64,000 nt of DNA. Origin: Spirochaetota bacterium. Its GTDB lineage: Bacteria; Spirochaetota; UBA12135; COTS27; CBDBHE01. Made by a program: the position numbers and the translations under genes. The stretch covers positions 107,944 to 171,943 of the forward strand of contig CBDBHE010000002.1 of the NCBI GenBank assembly GCA_965205605.1. Reading direction: 5' to 3'. Shown piece after piece: positions 1-11,125 of this stretch. The notes below the pieces were generated by a model that ran no database searches, had not been told where the DNA came from, and saw nothing but the letters and a program-made list of their open reading frames with translations. Each line of letters opens with the position of its first letter. Positions within the stretch are counted from its first letter, which is position 1.

Positions 1-744
1 TTTATTAACACCAATAATGGTTCCAATAAAAATACCTTTTGGGTATTTATCACTATAACCAGATGTTACAATCGACTTTTTTTCTAAATTTTCTAACTTG
101 ATATCAATATAGTCAATAATTGTTTTATCTTTTATAGGCGATTGTCCTTTCATAAGCCCAATATCTCTAGTTTCGTCAATAATAACACTAACATGACAAC
201 GATGATCTAAAATCGTTAAAATTTTACTTGAATGAGGCCCTATGTTATAAATATAACCCACTAAACCACTCATTTCTTTATTAAAACCAATAACAGGCAT
301 GTTGACTTTTATTCCATCATTGCTTCCTTTATTGATAATAATGGTATTGAAGAGATTTTGAGGGTCTTTGGAAATAATGTTAGCTGGAATAATTTCTTTT
401 TTTTTGGTGTAACTTAAATTGTTTAAAATATTCTTAATATTTTGATTTTCTTTTTTTAAAACTAATTTTAATTGTTCATTCATATTTTTGTAATGTAAGA
501 GTTGTTTTTGTGTTTCAATAAGTTCAAATTGAAACTTTTCGGCTTTTTCAAATTTTTGATTTAAATATAAAGTTTTTTCTAAAATTTTTATTGAATAGGT
601 TTGAAATGGAAGAATTGTAATATGGTATATTTTTTTGATATAATGATCACCGCTTAAATAAGTGATATTTAAAACTAAAATAATAACAGTAATAGTAATG
701 GAAGTAAAAACTAACTTCCTATATCTCTTATAAGTTGAACTCAT
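1..744 (-). CDS. mreC: Rod shape-determining protein MreC (3' end runs off the window)
   Basis: Not in the ORF track because it is truncated. My minus-strand translation from ATG 744 gives an N-terminal TM segment, a coiled coil and IVTSGYSDKYPKGIFIG. It lies directly downstream of mreB. Confidence 0.9.
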   Translation of the reverse strand, partial: MSSTYKRYRKLVFTSITITVIILVLNITYLSGDHYIKKIYHITILPFQTYSIKILEKTLYLNQKFEKAEKFQFELIETQKQLLHYKNMNEQLKLVLKKENQNIKNILNNLSYTKKKEIIPANIISKDPQNLFNTIIINKGSNDGIKVNMPVIGFNKEMSGLVGYIYNIGPHSSKILTILDHRCHVSVIIDETRDIGLMKGQSPIKDKTIIDYIDIKLENLEKKSIVTSGYSDKYPKGIFIGTIIGVNK

Positions 745-1756
745 TTAGCTTATTTTTTGATTTGTAGTTTTTTAAATAAATGCTGGCACCTTTAACTACA
801 CAACTTAAGGGGTCTTCTGCTGTAATGACAGGAGTGCCGACTTGATGACTTAGCAAATGTTTAAACCCTTTCATTAAAGCCCCTCCTCCAGAAAGAACGA
901 TTCCTCTTTCCATAATATCAGCTGCAAGTTCAGGAGGAGTTTTATCTAAAACCATTTTTATTTCTGAAATAATAACTTCAATGGCCTCATCTACAAATTC
1001 TTTTGTTTCTGACTTAGAAACCTTTTGGACTCTTGGAAGCCCTGTAATGCTGTCTCTACCTCTAATATCATAGCTTTCTCTAGATTTCACATTCCAAACA
1101 TCTAAAAAATTAATTTTAATGTCTTCAGCAGTTCTTTCTCCAATAATTAAGTTGTAGTTTCGTTTCATAAAGTTAACAATTGATCGATCAACCCCATCTC
1201 CCCCAATACGAATACTGCTTTCAATAACGATATCCCCTAGTGAAATAATAGCAATTTCAGTTGTTCCCCCACCAATATCAATAATCATATTTCCAGCTGG
1301 ATCATCTATTGGCATGTTAGCTCCAATGGCGGCAGCTAGGGGTTCTTCAATGATAAACACCTCCCTAGCTCCTGCTTGTTCGCAAGATTCTTGCACAGCC
1401 CTTCTTTCAACTGGGGTGATACTAGAAGGGACTCCAATGGCGATTCGAGGTTTAAAAAGGCTTTTTTTTTTTGAAACTTTAGAAATAAAATGACGAATCA
1501 TTTTCTCTACCATTTCAAAATCTGCAATGACTCCATCTTTCATGGGTCTAATTGCTGTTATTTTTCCAGGTGTTTTTCCTAGCATCTTTTTAGCTTCTTT
1601 TCCGACAGCTAAAATTTTATTCGTTGCTTTTTGTATAGCAACCACACTGGGTTCTCTTAAAATGACCCCTTCACCTTCTATATAAATTAGAGTGTTAGCG
1701 GTGCCTAAATCAATGGCAAAATCTTTTGTAAAGACACTAAATAATTTCCCAAACAT
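728..1756 (-). CDS. mreB: Rod shape-determining protein MreB
   Basis: IDLGTANT, RPMKDGVIADF, DIGGGTTE and LSGGGAL actin-like motifs. Confidence 0.97.
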   Translation of the reverse strand: MFGKLFSVFTKDFAIDLGTANTLIYIEGEGVILREPSVVAIQKATNKILAVGKEAKKMLGKTPGKITAIRPMKDGVIADFEMVEKMIRHFISKVSKKKSLFKPRIAIGVPSSITPVERRAVQESCEQAGAREVFIIEEPLAAAIGANMPIDDPAGNMIIDIGGGTTEIAIISLGDIVIESSIRIGGDGVDRSIVNFMKRNYNLIIGERTAEDIKINFLDVWNVKSRESYDIRGRDSITGLPRVQKVSKSETKEFVDEAIEVIISEIKMVLDKTPPELAADIMERGIVLSGGGALMKGFKHLLSHQVGTPVITAEDPLSCVVKGASIYLKNYKSKNKLNEFNL

Positions 1757-1800
1757 ATATTAATTTCAATATTTGATATCTTTATGATTTTAAAGAGTCA

Positions 1801-2619
1801 TTATTGTAAAGAAGAAAAATCTTCATTATTTCCCATAGTGATTTGTTTTTCTCTTTGCTCGTTCTTAATAGAAAGATAACTCTTAACAAATTTACTTTTT
1901 TCTTTAAGCCCTAATTTTTTATAGAGTAAATTTACAAGTACGTCTCCAGCTTCTTGTATTTCTTTAGAATAATCTTTATTATAAACAATTGTTTCTAATA
2001 TTTTTTTAGCTTCTAAAATCTCCCCATTATGAATCATGCATTTGGCTATGCGGATACTCCATTTATCGTTATTTGGATAATGCTTTGATATTTTTAAAGC
2101 AATTTCTTGTGCTTTTTTAATATCATTATTATGGAGATTAATTTGATAAATAATTTCATAAACATTAAGATCGATTTTATTAACTTTATTAAGATATTTT
2201 CTTAAGTATTGATTAGCTAAGTAATAATAATTTTCATTTAAATTAAAATAACTTTTTCCTATTTCTTTGTAAATTTTTTTTTTCACAAAAAAAGAATGAT
2301 TAATTAAATAATTACAAATTCTTATAATTTCAACTTTATTATTTAAGCTTTTTTTTCTTTCTTCTTTTTTTAATAATAAGGATAAATAAGAATATAAGAT
2401 TTTTTTTTTATTTCCATATATTGAAAATTGTCTTTTAAGATTTTTTTGTGTTCCTTCTAATTTTCCTGATTCTAGTAAAATTTGATTATAATCTAAGTCA
2501 TTTGAATACTTAGAAAAGGAAATAATTTTGTAAATAATAAAAGGAAAGAAAATAAAAAATAAAATTATGTAAATAATAACCTGTAAACTAATTTTCTTTC
2601 TAACGGTAATGCGTTCCAT
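1801..2619 (-). CDS. Membrane-anchored TPR-like hypothetical protein
   Basis: N-terminal hydrophobic segment followed by helical TPR-like repeats (IGKSYF, IAKCMIHNGEILEAKKIL). Confidence 0.55.
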   Translation of the reverse strand: MERITVRKKISLQVIIYIILFFIFFPFIIYKIISFSKYSNDLDYNQILLESGKLEGTQKNLKRQFSIYGNKKKILYSYLSLLLKKEERKKSLNNKVEIIRICNYLINHSFFVKKKIYKEIGKSYFNLNENYYYLANQYLRKYLNKVNKIDLNVYEIIYQINLHNNDIKKAQEIALKISKHYPNNDKWSIRIAKCMIHNGEILEAKKILETIVYNKDYSKEIQEAGDVLVNLLYKKLGLKEKSKFVKSYLSIKNEQREKQITMGNNEDFSSLQ

Positions 2620-2662
2620 TTACTTAAAACTCAATATGGCAATTCCAAGATAAATTATAGCA

Positions 2663-3838
2663 TTATATATAATAAGATTTCAATGGAGGAAGCCCATTGA
2701 AATTAATCGAACTATACGAATCAGTATAAGCCCCAGAAGATAAAATGTAAATAAAATCACCTATTTTTAAATTTTTAGGGAGTTTATATAGATGCTTTTC
2801 ATATAAAATGTCCATACTATCACAAGTGGGTCCTGCTAGAGTATATTTTTGATAAGAGTTACTTGTTTTAGAGGTCCAAATTGGATATTTAATGGATTCA
2901 TTTAATGTTTCTATGAGTCCATTAAAAAGGCCAACATCTAAATAAAGCCAATTTTTTTTTTTGTTTTTTTGAGTTTTTAGAATAATTTCACTAATAATAA
3001 TACCAGTATTGCCCACAATTGCTCTACCAGGTTCAATAAAAATTTCAGGCAGATCATTTCCAAAATTCTTATGTAAATAAAATTTGATGTTTTTTAAGTA
3101 TTTTTCTATAGGTTTGTTTACTTCGAGGTATTCACTTGGAAAGCCTCCTCCCAAATTAATTGCTTTAAGGTTTATATTTTTTTTTCTTAAAGCATTAAAT
3201 AAACGGTAACAACTAAGTATCGATTTTTTCCATTGATTAATTTTGTTTTGTTGACTCCCTACATGAAAAGAAAGGCCATAAGCAATAAGATTTTTTTGTT
3301 TACACCCAAGGATTAATTGGTAAATTCTTTTTGGTGAAGTCCCAAATTTTTTAGAAAGAGGCCAGTCAGAGCCTTTACATTTTGTATAAAGTCTAAAAAA
3401 AATTTTAGAACCAGGGGCTCCATTTGAGATTTTGTTTAATTCTTCTATCGAATCACAAGTGAAAAATCGAATGCCTTTAGAAAAGGCTTTTTTAATATCG
3501 ATTTCTTTTTTGATGGTATTGCCATAACTGATCTTATTAGGCTTTACTCCTAATTTTAAAACTTTTTCAAGCTCATAAATAGAAGCAACATCAAAATTTG
3601 AATCTAAATCTTTTAATACTTTTAACACTTCATTTGCTGGATTGGCCTTCACTGAATAAAAAACAGTGCTATTTTCAAAAATAGTATTTTTAATTTTTTT
3701 ATATTGAGTTTTTATTTCTTCTAAATTAATCACTAAAAAAGGCGTTTTCTTTCCTTTAATAAAAGATTCAAAACGCTCCCAATACCCATTTTGAACATAC
3801 TGCTCAATGATTGTTGCTGTTTTTTTAAGGCTGTTCAC
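2663..3838 (-). CDS. Type III PLP-dependent ornithine/lysine decarboxylase
   Basis: YSVKAN PLP lysine, KKFG, SFHVGSQ, NLGGGFP, EPGR and GPTCDS motifs. Confidence 0.9.
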   Translation of the reverse strand: MNSLKKTATIIEQYVQNGYWERFESFIKGKKTPFLVINLEEIKTQYKKIKNTIFENSTVFYSVKANPANEVLKVLKDLDSNFDVASIYELEKVLKLGVKPNKISYGNTIKKEIDIKKAFSKGIRFFTCDSIEELNKISNGAPGSKIFFRLYTKCKGSDWPLSKKFGTSPKRIYQLILGCKQKNLIAYGLSFHVGSQQNKINQWKKSILSCYRLFNALRKKNINLKAINLGGGFPSEYLEVNKPIEKYLKNIKFYLHKNFGNDLPEIFIEPGRAIVGNTGIIISEIILKTQKNKKKNWLYLDVGLFNGLIETLNESIKYPIWTSKTSNSYQKYTLAGPTCDSMDILYEKHLYKLPKNLKIGDFIYILSSGAYTDSYSSINFNGLPPLKSYYI

Positions 3839-3904
3839 ACAAATTTAATGGAAGAGGTTAAATAATATTAATTTTATTTCTTATTTATGAAGGTTTGTTA
3901 AATT

Positions 3905-5270
3905 TTAGTTTGTTTTTTCAGGTGTATAGTTATCAAATCTAGGGTAATTAGAATGGAAAAAGAGGTCAATATCTCCTGTTTGCCCGTGTCTATTTTTTGA
4001 AACAATAATTTGTCCAATATTAGTAAGAGTTTCATTGTCTGGTTCATAATAAGCTGGACGGTGAACAAAAAAAAACTAAATCGGCATCTTGTTCGATAGC
4101 TCCTGATTCACGAATATCGGATAAAAGAGGACGCTTATTATGACGTGCTTCGGTAGCTCTGTTAAGCTGAGTTAAAGCTACCATTGGGATGCATAGCTCT
4201 CTTGCCATTGCTTTTAATCTTCTAGAAATATTGGCGATGTGTTGTTCTCTATTAATTTTAAGGTCTGTTTGACCCATCAGTTGTAAATAGTCAATGAAAA
4301 TAATTTTCGCACCCTCTTGGACCATTTTTCTTGCTTTTGCTGATAATTCATTAATTGTAATCGATGGTGTATCGTCAATAAAAATAGGGGCTTTTGTTAA
4401 TTTTTCTCCTGCTTTGATTATTTTTTCCCAGTCAGATTCGATAAGTGTATTTTTTCGAAATTTATCCCCATTAAGTTTGGCTTCTGCACATAAAAGTCGA
4501 ACACAAATCTCTGATTTAGACATTTCTAAAGAAAAAAATCCGATAGGGATTGAATTGATCTTAGAAGAAATAGATATATTTTGAATGATACTAAGAGCAA
4601 ACGCAGTTTTTCCCATAGCAGGCCTTCCTCCAATAATGATTAAATTTTCATTATGAAATCCACCTATAATGTTATCAAGGTGACGATATCCACTTTGAAT
4701 ACCAATAACACTTCCTTTGTTTTTATAATTTTCTTCAATGACTTCTAAAGTTGAAATAAAAACATCTCTTAGTTTTTCATATTCTCTATAGTTTGATTTG
4801 GAGATGTCAAAGAGCTCTTGTTGTGATTTTTCTATAATTTCAGAAGAATTCATCTCTCCAGAAAAAATATTAATAAAGTTATTATTAAAAATATCAATAA
4901 CTTGTCTTAAAATTGATTTTTCTTTAATAATATTTGAGTAATAACTTGTATTGGTAGAAGAGGGGACAGAATCAATTAATTTAGTGATATATTCCACACC
5001 ACCTGCTTTTTGGAGAAGGTCTTTTTCTTCTAAAATATTTTTTAGAGTTAAAATATCAATAGGAGCATAGCCATTTTTTTCGCGATATTCTAAGATAGCT
5101 TTAACAATAATTTGATTTCGCTCATCATAAAAATCATCTGTTTTTAAAGAAGAAAAAATTTGATCAATGAGCTTGTTTTTAATTAAAATGGCTCCGATAC
5201 AAGCTGTTTCAGCGTCTAGATTATTAGGAAATTTTTCTTTAGAAGAGCTTTTAAGGTTGGGAATACCCAT
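3905..5270 (-). CDS. dnaB: Replicative DNA helicase DnaB (+1 frameshift near 4066-4075)
   Basis: GGRPAMGKT, IDYLQL and SDIRESGAIEQDAD motifs. The C-terminus (IVSKNRHGQTG...PRFDNY) continues in another frame after an A-run, to a stop at 3905. Confidence 0.95.
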
Positions 5271-5278
5271 TTAATTTT

Positions 5279-5734
5279 TTATGTTTCGAGTTTTGAAAGT
5301 TTGATCTTTAATTGAGTTTTGAAATCTTTGTTTAATTGAATTAGCACTGAATAGTCCCCTAAGGCTTTTAAGGGAGTTGAGATAATAATATTTTTTTTTT
5401 CTAAATTAATCTTATGTTTTTCTTTTAATTCTTTTGAAATCATTTGAGTAGTGACGGTGCCATAGATTTTACCTTCACCCCTTACTTTTACTTGAATGTC
5501 TAAGCAATCAATTTTTTTAAACCCATCAATAATTTGAGTATGTTTTTCTTTTTGCTTTATGATTTGCTTTTGAAATTCTTTTTTTTGCTTTTTTAGTATT
5601 TCCAAGCTAACTTTGCTTTTTAAAACAGCTTTTTTTTGAGGAAATAAGTAATTACGTGCATAACCATTTTTAACTTGGACAATATCCCCCGGGTTGCCAA
5701 GATTAGGCATTTCTTTAATTAAGATAACCTCCAT
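5279..5734 (-). CDS. rplI: 50S ribosomal protein L9
   Basis: MEVILIKE..LG..GDIVQVKNGYARNYLFP. Confidence 0.97.
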   Translation of the reverse strand: MEVILIKEMPNLGNPGDIVQVKNGYARNYLFPQKKAVLKSKVSLEILKKQKKEFQKQIIKQKEKHTQIIDGFKKIDCLDIQVKVRGEGKIYGTVTTQMISKELKEKHKINLEKKNIIISTPLKALGDYSVLIQLNKDFKTQLKIKLSKLET

Positions 5735-5749
5735 TCTATACTTTAAAAA

Positions 5750-6190
5750 TTAAAAAGGGACTCCATCATCATCGTTTATATTGGTGTCTGGATATTGCTC
5801 AAACTGGATATCATCTTTGTTTGAAGTACTTGTACTTGTACTTGTACTTGTGTTTGTTTTGCCTTCAGAGCGAGAACCCAAAAATTGTATATTATTAGCT
5901 ACAATTTCTACTTGACTTTTATTTTGACCTGATTTATCTTGATAACGATTTTGTTTAAGACGACCTTCAATAATTGTTTGACTTCCTTTTTTAAGGTAAT
6001 TAGAGCAATTTGTTGCTAATTTATTCCAAGTAACAATATTAAAAAAACTTACGTCTTCTTGCCCATTATTTGAAGAGCGATTATTTGCAATTGAAAATTT
6101 ACAAATAGGTGTTTGATTACTAGTGTATGAAAGCTCAGGATCTCTTGTTAAGCGACCTACTAAAATTATTTGATTAATATCCCAGGCCAT
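5750..6190 (-). CDS. ssb: Single-stranded DNA-binding protein
   Basis: NQIILVGRLTRDPEL OB fold; acidic DDDGVPF tail. Confidence 0.97.
   Translation of the reverse strand: MAWDINQIILVGRLTRDPELSYTSNQTPICKFSIANNRSSNNGQEDVSFFNIVTWNKLATNCSNYLKKGSQTIIEGRLKQNRYQDKSGQNKSQVEIVANNIQFLGSRSEGKTNTSTSTSTSTSNKDDIQFEQYPDTNINDDDGVPF
5826..5849. repeat. In-frame hexanucleotide microsatellite (GTACTT)x4 encoding the ST-repeat linker of SSB
   Basis: gtacttgtacttgtacttgtactt is directly visible. Confidence 0.9.
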
Positions 6191-6516
6191 TAACTTTTAA
6201 TTTTCTCTTTTTTCTTTAAAACTTCAAGAGCATTTTTATCTAAATAAGTAAAAAGAAACCTTAAAATAGTTTCTTGCATTTTAATTTCTTTATTGAGCTT
6301 ATTAATATGTAATCCATTGGCTTCAATATGATAATTATAATAATGCCCTTGTTTGTTTTTTTTTATTTCGTGACCAAATTCTTTTATACCCATATCGGTT
6401 TCTTTTTTGATCACAACGTTGTGTTCTTTAAATAATTCTTCTATTTTTTTTTTACTTTCTTTATAGAGAGATTCATCTTGATTATAGATAAAAAGTCCTT
6501 CGTAATCTTTATTCAT
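6190..6516 (-). CDS. rpsF: 30S ribosomal protein S6
   Basis: YE..FI start, MG.K.FGHEIKK..QGHY, ILRFL; directly upstream of ssb. Confidence 0.88.
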   Translation of the reverse strand: MNKDYEGLFIYNQDESLYKESKKKIEELFKEHNVVIKKETDMGIKEFGHEIKKNKQGHYYNYHIEANGLHINKLNKEIKMQETILRFLFTYLDKNALEVLKKKEKIKS

Positions 6517-6790
6517 AGTTTATTTTTAATTTTTACTCAATAAGTTTGTGTGCATTATAGCATTTTTCTTTAGTGTAAGCTTTTATTTTTTTAATTTATT
6601 CATTTTTTTTTTAAAAATAAAAAATTTATGATTGTTGCTAATGGTATTTATTTAAATCATATTTTTATTGATTTTTTTAAAGTAGAAATAACTTATTATG
6701 TTGCCCGATTAGTTGTTATGAAGTGTTTTTTTTATACTATTTTATATAGTATAATGGCATTTATAAATTTTTTAATTAAAAGGGAAATAA

Positions 6791-8122
6791 ATGAAAATAG
6801 CAGTTATTGGGACAGGTTATGTAGGCTTAGTAGCTGGGACTTGTTTTTCGGAGATAGGAAACGAAGTTATTTGCATTGATATTAACAAAGAAAAAATAGA
6901 TGCTTTAAATCGAATTGAAATCCCTATTTATGAGCCAGGTTTAGAAGATTTAATTAGACAAAACAAAGAAAAAAAACGGCTTTTTTTTTCAACAAAAATT
7001 GAAGAAGCTATTAAAAAATCACTCATTATTTTTATTGCTGTAGGGACACCACCGGGAGAAGATGGATCGGCTGATTTAAAACATGTGTTAAGTGTTGCAA
7101 GAACTATTGGGGAAAATCTAAATAATTATAAAGTTATTGTCAATAAGTCAACAGTCCCTATTGGGACAGGAGAGAAAGTTGAAAATTTAATTAAATCGGT
7201 TAATTCAACCCCTTTTGAAATTGTTAGTAACCCTGAGTTTTTAAAAGAAGGGACAGCTGTTAATAATTTTTTAAAACCCGATCGAGTGATTATTGGTACC
7301 AAGAGTGAGAAAGCTTGGAAATTAATGAAGCAACTATATTCTCCGTTTGTTCGTAATTTAAATCCGATTATTCGTATGGAAGTCAAAAGTGCTGAAATGA
7401 CAAAATATGCTTGTAATGCGATGCTAGCAACTCGTATTTCTTTTATGAATGAAATGGCTAATTTATGTGAATTCGTTGGAGCTAATATCTCCGATGTGCG
7501 TTTAGGTATGCAAAGTGATCCAAGAATTGGAAAAGAATTTCTTTATCCAGGCATTGGTTATGGAGGTTCTTGTTTTCCAAAGGATGTCAAAGCTATTATT
7601 TCAACAGCAAAACAGTTTGATTTAGAGTTTGGTCTTCTTAAACAAGTTGAAAACGTTAATGAAAATCAAAAAACTCTTTTAGTCAATAAAATTAAAAAAC
7701 ACTTTGGCGATAGATTAGAAGGCTTTTCTTTTGGCATATGGGGGCTTTCTTTTAAACCTAAAACAGATGATATAAGAGAAGCGCCTGCAATTGCGCTCAT
7801 TGATTCTCTGCTTTCACTTGGGGCTTCTTTAAGAGTGCATGATCCTAAGGCGACTGAGGAAGCTAAGAAAATTTTTGGTCAAAATAAAAATGTCGAATTT
7901 TTTACGGATCATTACCAGCTTTTAAAAGAAGTTGATGCTCTTATTTTATGTACCGAATGGAATGAATACAAACTAGTCGATTTCGAAAAAATGAAAACTT
8001 TAATGAAAAATCCTGTTTTGTTTGATGGAAGAAATATTTGGGTTAATGCTCCTATTGAAAATCAATTTGAGTGGTATGGGATTGGTTATGCAAAAAAACA
8101 TTCAATTAATTTTAATTATTGA
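6791..8122 (+). CDS. ugd: UDP-glucose 6-dehydrogenase
   Basis: GTGYVG, SNPEFLKEG, GYGGSCFPKD, FKPKTDDIRE. Confidence 0.96.
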   Translation: MKIAVIGTGYVGLVAGTCFSEIGNEVICIDINKEKIDALNRIEIPIYEPGLEDLIRQNKEKKRLFFSTKIEEAIKKSLIIFIAVGTPPGEDGSADLKHVLSVARTIGENLNNYKVIVNKSTVPIGTGEKVENLIKSVNSTPFEIVSNPEFLKEGTAVNNFLKPDRVIIGTKSEKAWKLMKQLYSPFVRNLNPIIRMEVKSAEMTKYACNAMLATRISFMNEMANLCEFVGANISDVRLGMQSDPRIGKEFLYPGIGYGGSCFPKDVKAIISTAKQFDLEFGLLKQVENVNENQKTLLVNKIKKHFGDRLEGFSFGIWGLSFKPKTDDIREAPAIALIDSLLSLGASLRVHDPKATEEAKKIFGQNKNVEFFTDHYQLLKEVDALILCTEWNEYKLVDFEKMKTLMKNPVLFDGRNIWVNAPIENQFEWYGIGYAKKHSINFNY

Positions 8123-9281
8123 AATTTTTTTGAAACTCAAAAATACTTTATTAGATTGGATTTCTCAACAATTAATTAATTGGTTTCAAATTAATAAAAG
8201 AGATCTTCCCTGGCGAAAAAAAAGAAATCCTTACTCTGTTTGGATTTCTGAAATTATGTTACAACAAACTCAAGTGGTAACGGTAATCCCTTATTATCTT
8301 AAGTGGATAAAATCTCTGCCTTCAATAGAATCGGTTTCAAAAGCCGATGAAGATTTCCTTCTCAAGCTTTGGCAAGGGCTTGGTTATTATTCTAGAGTGC
8401 GTAATATTCATAAAGCAGCAAAATGGATGGTTTTAAATCATCAAGGACAATTTCCAAAAGATTATCAACAGATAATCAATCTGCCAGGAATAGGAAATTA
8501 TACAGCAGGTGCGATTAGTAGTATTGCTTTTGGAAAAAGAGTAGTGTTTGTGGATGGAAATGTTGAGCGAGTTCTTGCTCGGTTTTTTGCTTTAGAAGAA
8601 CCTATTGAACAACTAAGAAGTCAAAAAATTATTTGGAATCTCGCTGAAAAATTGCTTCCTAAAAAAAATATCGATGATTTTAATGAATCTCTTATGGAGC
8701 TTGGAGCAACTTTGTGTACTCCCACTAAAGGATTTTGCACAGAGTGTCCTCTCGGTCAAAAATGCCTTGCTTTTAAGAAAAATAAAGTTAACAAGATTCC
8801 TTTTCGTCAAAAAAAAATTAAAACAATTAAAAGAACAGCTGTGAGTTTTGTGCTTTATCAAAATAACTTTGATCCACTAAAAAAAGAAACAAAGTACTTG
8901 CTTTACCGTAGAAGAAAAAATGAAATCATGGGAGGACTTTTTGAATTCCCAACAATTGATCAAGATGAATTTAAAAAAATAAATAAATTACTCTTTAAAA
9001 AAAAAGAAATTCTAGAAGATCTTTTTAAAAAAAAATATGGCTTTATGATTAAAATTAAAGACTCTTTTTTTTCTTTAAAGCATTCCTATACTAAGTATCG
9101 CGTTGATTTAGAAGTTTTTTTTGCTTTTTTTAAAGCAGATGAAAAAAATAATTATCTTTTTAATGAAATGAATTCTAATTTATGTTGGGTTAATAGGGTT
9201 GAGTTTGAGCGTTGCCCCATGAATTCTTCAGGTGCTAAAATTGCCAAAAAACTTTTTTCATTACAAAAAAAATTTAACTAA
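8022..9281 (+). CDS. mutY: A/G-specific adenine glycosylase (true start probably near 8120-8135)
   Basis: RDLPWR, WISEIMLQQTQV, GLGYYSR, LPGIGNYTA HhH motif, 4Fe-4S cysteines. Confidence 0.95.
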   Translation: MMEEIFGLMLLLKINLSGMGLVMQKNIQLILIIEIFLKLKNTLLDWISQQLINWFQINKRDLPWRKKRNPYSVWISEIMLQQTQVVTVIPYYLKWIKSLPSIESVSKADEDFLLKLWQGLGYYSRVRNIHKAAKWMVLNHQGQFPKDYQQIINLPGIGNYTAGAISSIAFGKRVVFVDGNVERVLARFFALEEPIEQLRSQKIIWNLAEKLLPKKNIDDFNESLMELGATLCTPTKGFCTECPLGQKCLAFKKNKVNKIPFRQKKIKTIKRTAVSFVLYQNNFDPLKKETKYLLYRRRKNEIMGGLFEFPTIDQDEFKKINKLLFKKKEILEDLFKKKYGFMIKIKDSFFSLKHSYTKYRVDLEVFFAFFKADEKNNYLFNEMNSNLCWVNRVEFERCPMNSSGAKIAKKLFSLQKKFN

Positions 9282-9364
9282 TCTTTTATCAATAAAACCC
9301 TCTTTTGAACCTTCTTTTTTTAATGTAATGTTATGATATTTTCATCTTTTCAAAATTAAAACCA

Positions 9365-11034
9365 TTGAAAAAATACTCTCCTTCTTTTTTTCCCAAAGTG
9401 AGTTTAGCTTTAATTGCCTTTGCAATGGGAGCAAGTGGACTTGCTTATGAATACACATTTAGTAAGTTAAGCTCGGATTTACTTGGATTTTCAGCAAAGC
9501 AGTGGGCGTTTGTCATTGCTTTAATGATGCTTTTTATGGGGATTGGTTCGGACTTACAAAAACATTTAAAAGATAAATTTCTTTTTGAAAAATTTATTTT
9601 AATGGAAATTATTCTTAGTCTTGTAGGAGGATTCGCTCCTATAATATTGCTTTATCTTTTTGGAGCACAAAGAGATTTTTTTGTTTTGTTTCAATTTCTT
9701 TTTATTGCTTTAGTAGGTTTATTAGTGGGAACGGAAATTCCTATTATGATTCGTTTGAATGCTCAGTATGAAAAAAAATTGAAAGTTAATTTAAGTGGGA
9801 TTCTTCGTATGGATTATATTGGGGGATTTTTTGGAGCTCTTTTTTGGTTATATCTTTTGATTCGTTTTAGAAATATTTCTCAAATAGGGCTTGTTTTTGG
9901 TATTTTTAATTTAATGGCGACTTTTTGGGCTTTTTATTATTTTAGGACTCTTACAAGATATACGTTTGTTTTTTTGTTGACGATTGTTTTAGTTTTAAGT
10001 ATTTGTTTTTGTTCTCTTTTTTTTATTCCTAAATGGACTCTTTTTTTTGAACAGCAGCTTTTTAGAAATCAAGTCGTTTTTTCAAAAACAACTCCCTATC
10101 AGCATATTGTGCTTACAAAGTCGTCTTCAGGAATTTTTTATTGTTATATTAATGGAAATACACAATTTTCTAGTTTTGATGAACACATCTATCATGAAAT
10201 GTTGGTACACCCAGCGATGTTAGCTGCTAAAAGCCATGCGAATATTTTGATTTTAGGGGGAGGAGATGGGCTGGCTTTAAGAGAAATTTTAAAGTATAAA
10301 ACTGTTGAAAAAGTTACTTTAGTTGATATTGATCCTCAAATGACGGAGTTTGCTAGAACAAACCCTTATTTTCTTAAACTCAATCAAGGAAGTTTGAATC
10401 ATGAAAAAGTCACAATTATCTCTAATAAAGAAATTACTAATAAAGAAAAAACAGCTTTTTATCTCCCCGATAGACGCTCGAGACCGATTGGTTTAGAAAA
10501 AAAAATGGGGGAAGTTTTTTTAATTCATATGGATGCGGCGGCTTACATTGATCAAGTAAAAGATTTTTATGATGTTATTATTTTGGATTTTCCTGACCCT
10601 AATCAATTGGGACTTGTGAAATTGTATTCACTTAGTTTTTATAAAAAATTACAAGAAAAATTAAGGCCTTATGGGATTATTGCTCAACAAGCCACTTCAT
10701 CTGTTTATTCTAAAGAAACTTTTTTGTGTATAGGCAGGACTCTTAAAAAAGCAGGGTTTAGTGCTAAAGGGTATCATGAAGTAGTGCCTACTTTTGGAGA
10801 CTGGGGGATTTTGGCTTGCCACTGCTAAACAAGATGCATCTGAAGAAATGATTGAGAAAAAACTTTTATCAATAAAAAAGATCCCTGTTGAGACAAAATA
10901 TTTTTTCTGCACCTGTTTTAGGGCGTTCTTTAATTTTTGGGAAAGATTTTTTTAAAACTGAAAAAGAGGGTTACAATACACTTTTAAATCATTTGATTTT
11001 TTATCTGTATCAAGAAGAAATTAAAAAATTTTAA
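9365..11034 (+). CDS. speE: Membrane-bound polyamine aminopropyltransferase (spermidine synthase with N-terminal TM domain); two apparent frameshifts near 10803-10807 and ~10900
   Basis: About 7 TM helices, then TPYQ, YHEMLVHP, LGGGDG and DFPDP. After VPTFGDWG the natural continuation lies in other frames, ending at TAA 11034. Confidence 0.85.
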
Positions 11035-11107
11035 GATTCAATTTTTAGCTAATTCGTTTAAATTTCTTTATATTTTAAATTAATTTTAATTTGCAATAGC
11101 TTATTTA

Positions 11108-11116
11108 TGTTATAAT
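11108..11116 (+). promoter_or_regulatory. Extended -10 promoter (TGnTATAAT)
   Basis: tgttataat 10 bp before the ATG at 11126, implying a near-leaderless transcript. Confidence 0.45.
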
Positions 11117-11125
11117 GAGCTCATA

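Noticed and set aside
6628-6879. 83-aa ORF upstream of and overlapping ugd
   Set aside because: AT-rich divergent promoter region with no recognisable motif; it overlaps ugd out of frame.
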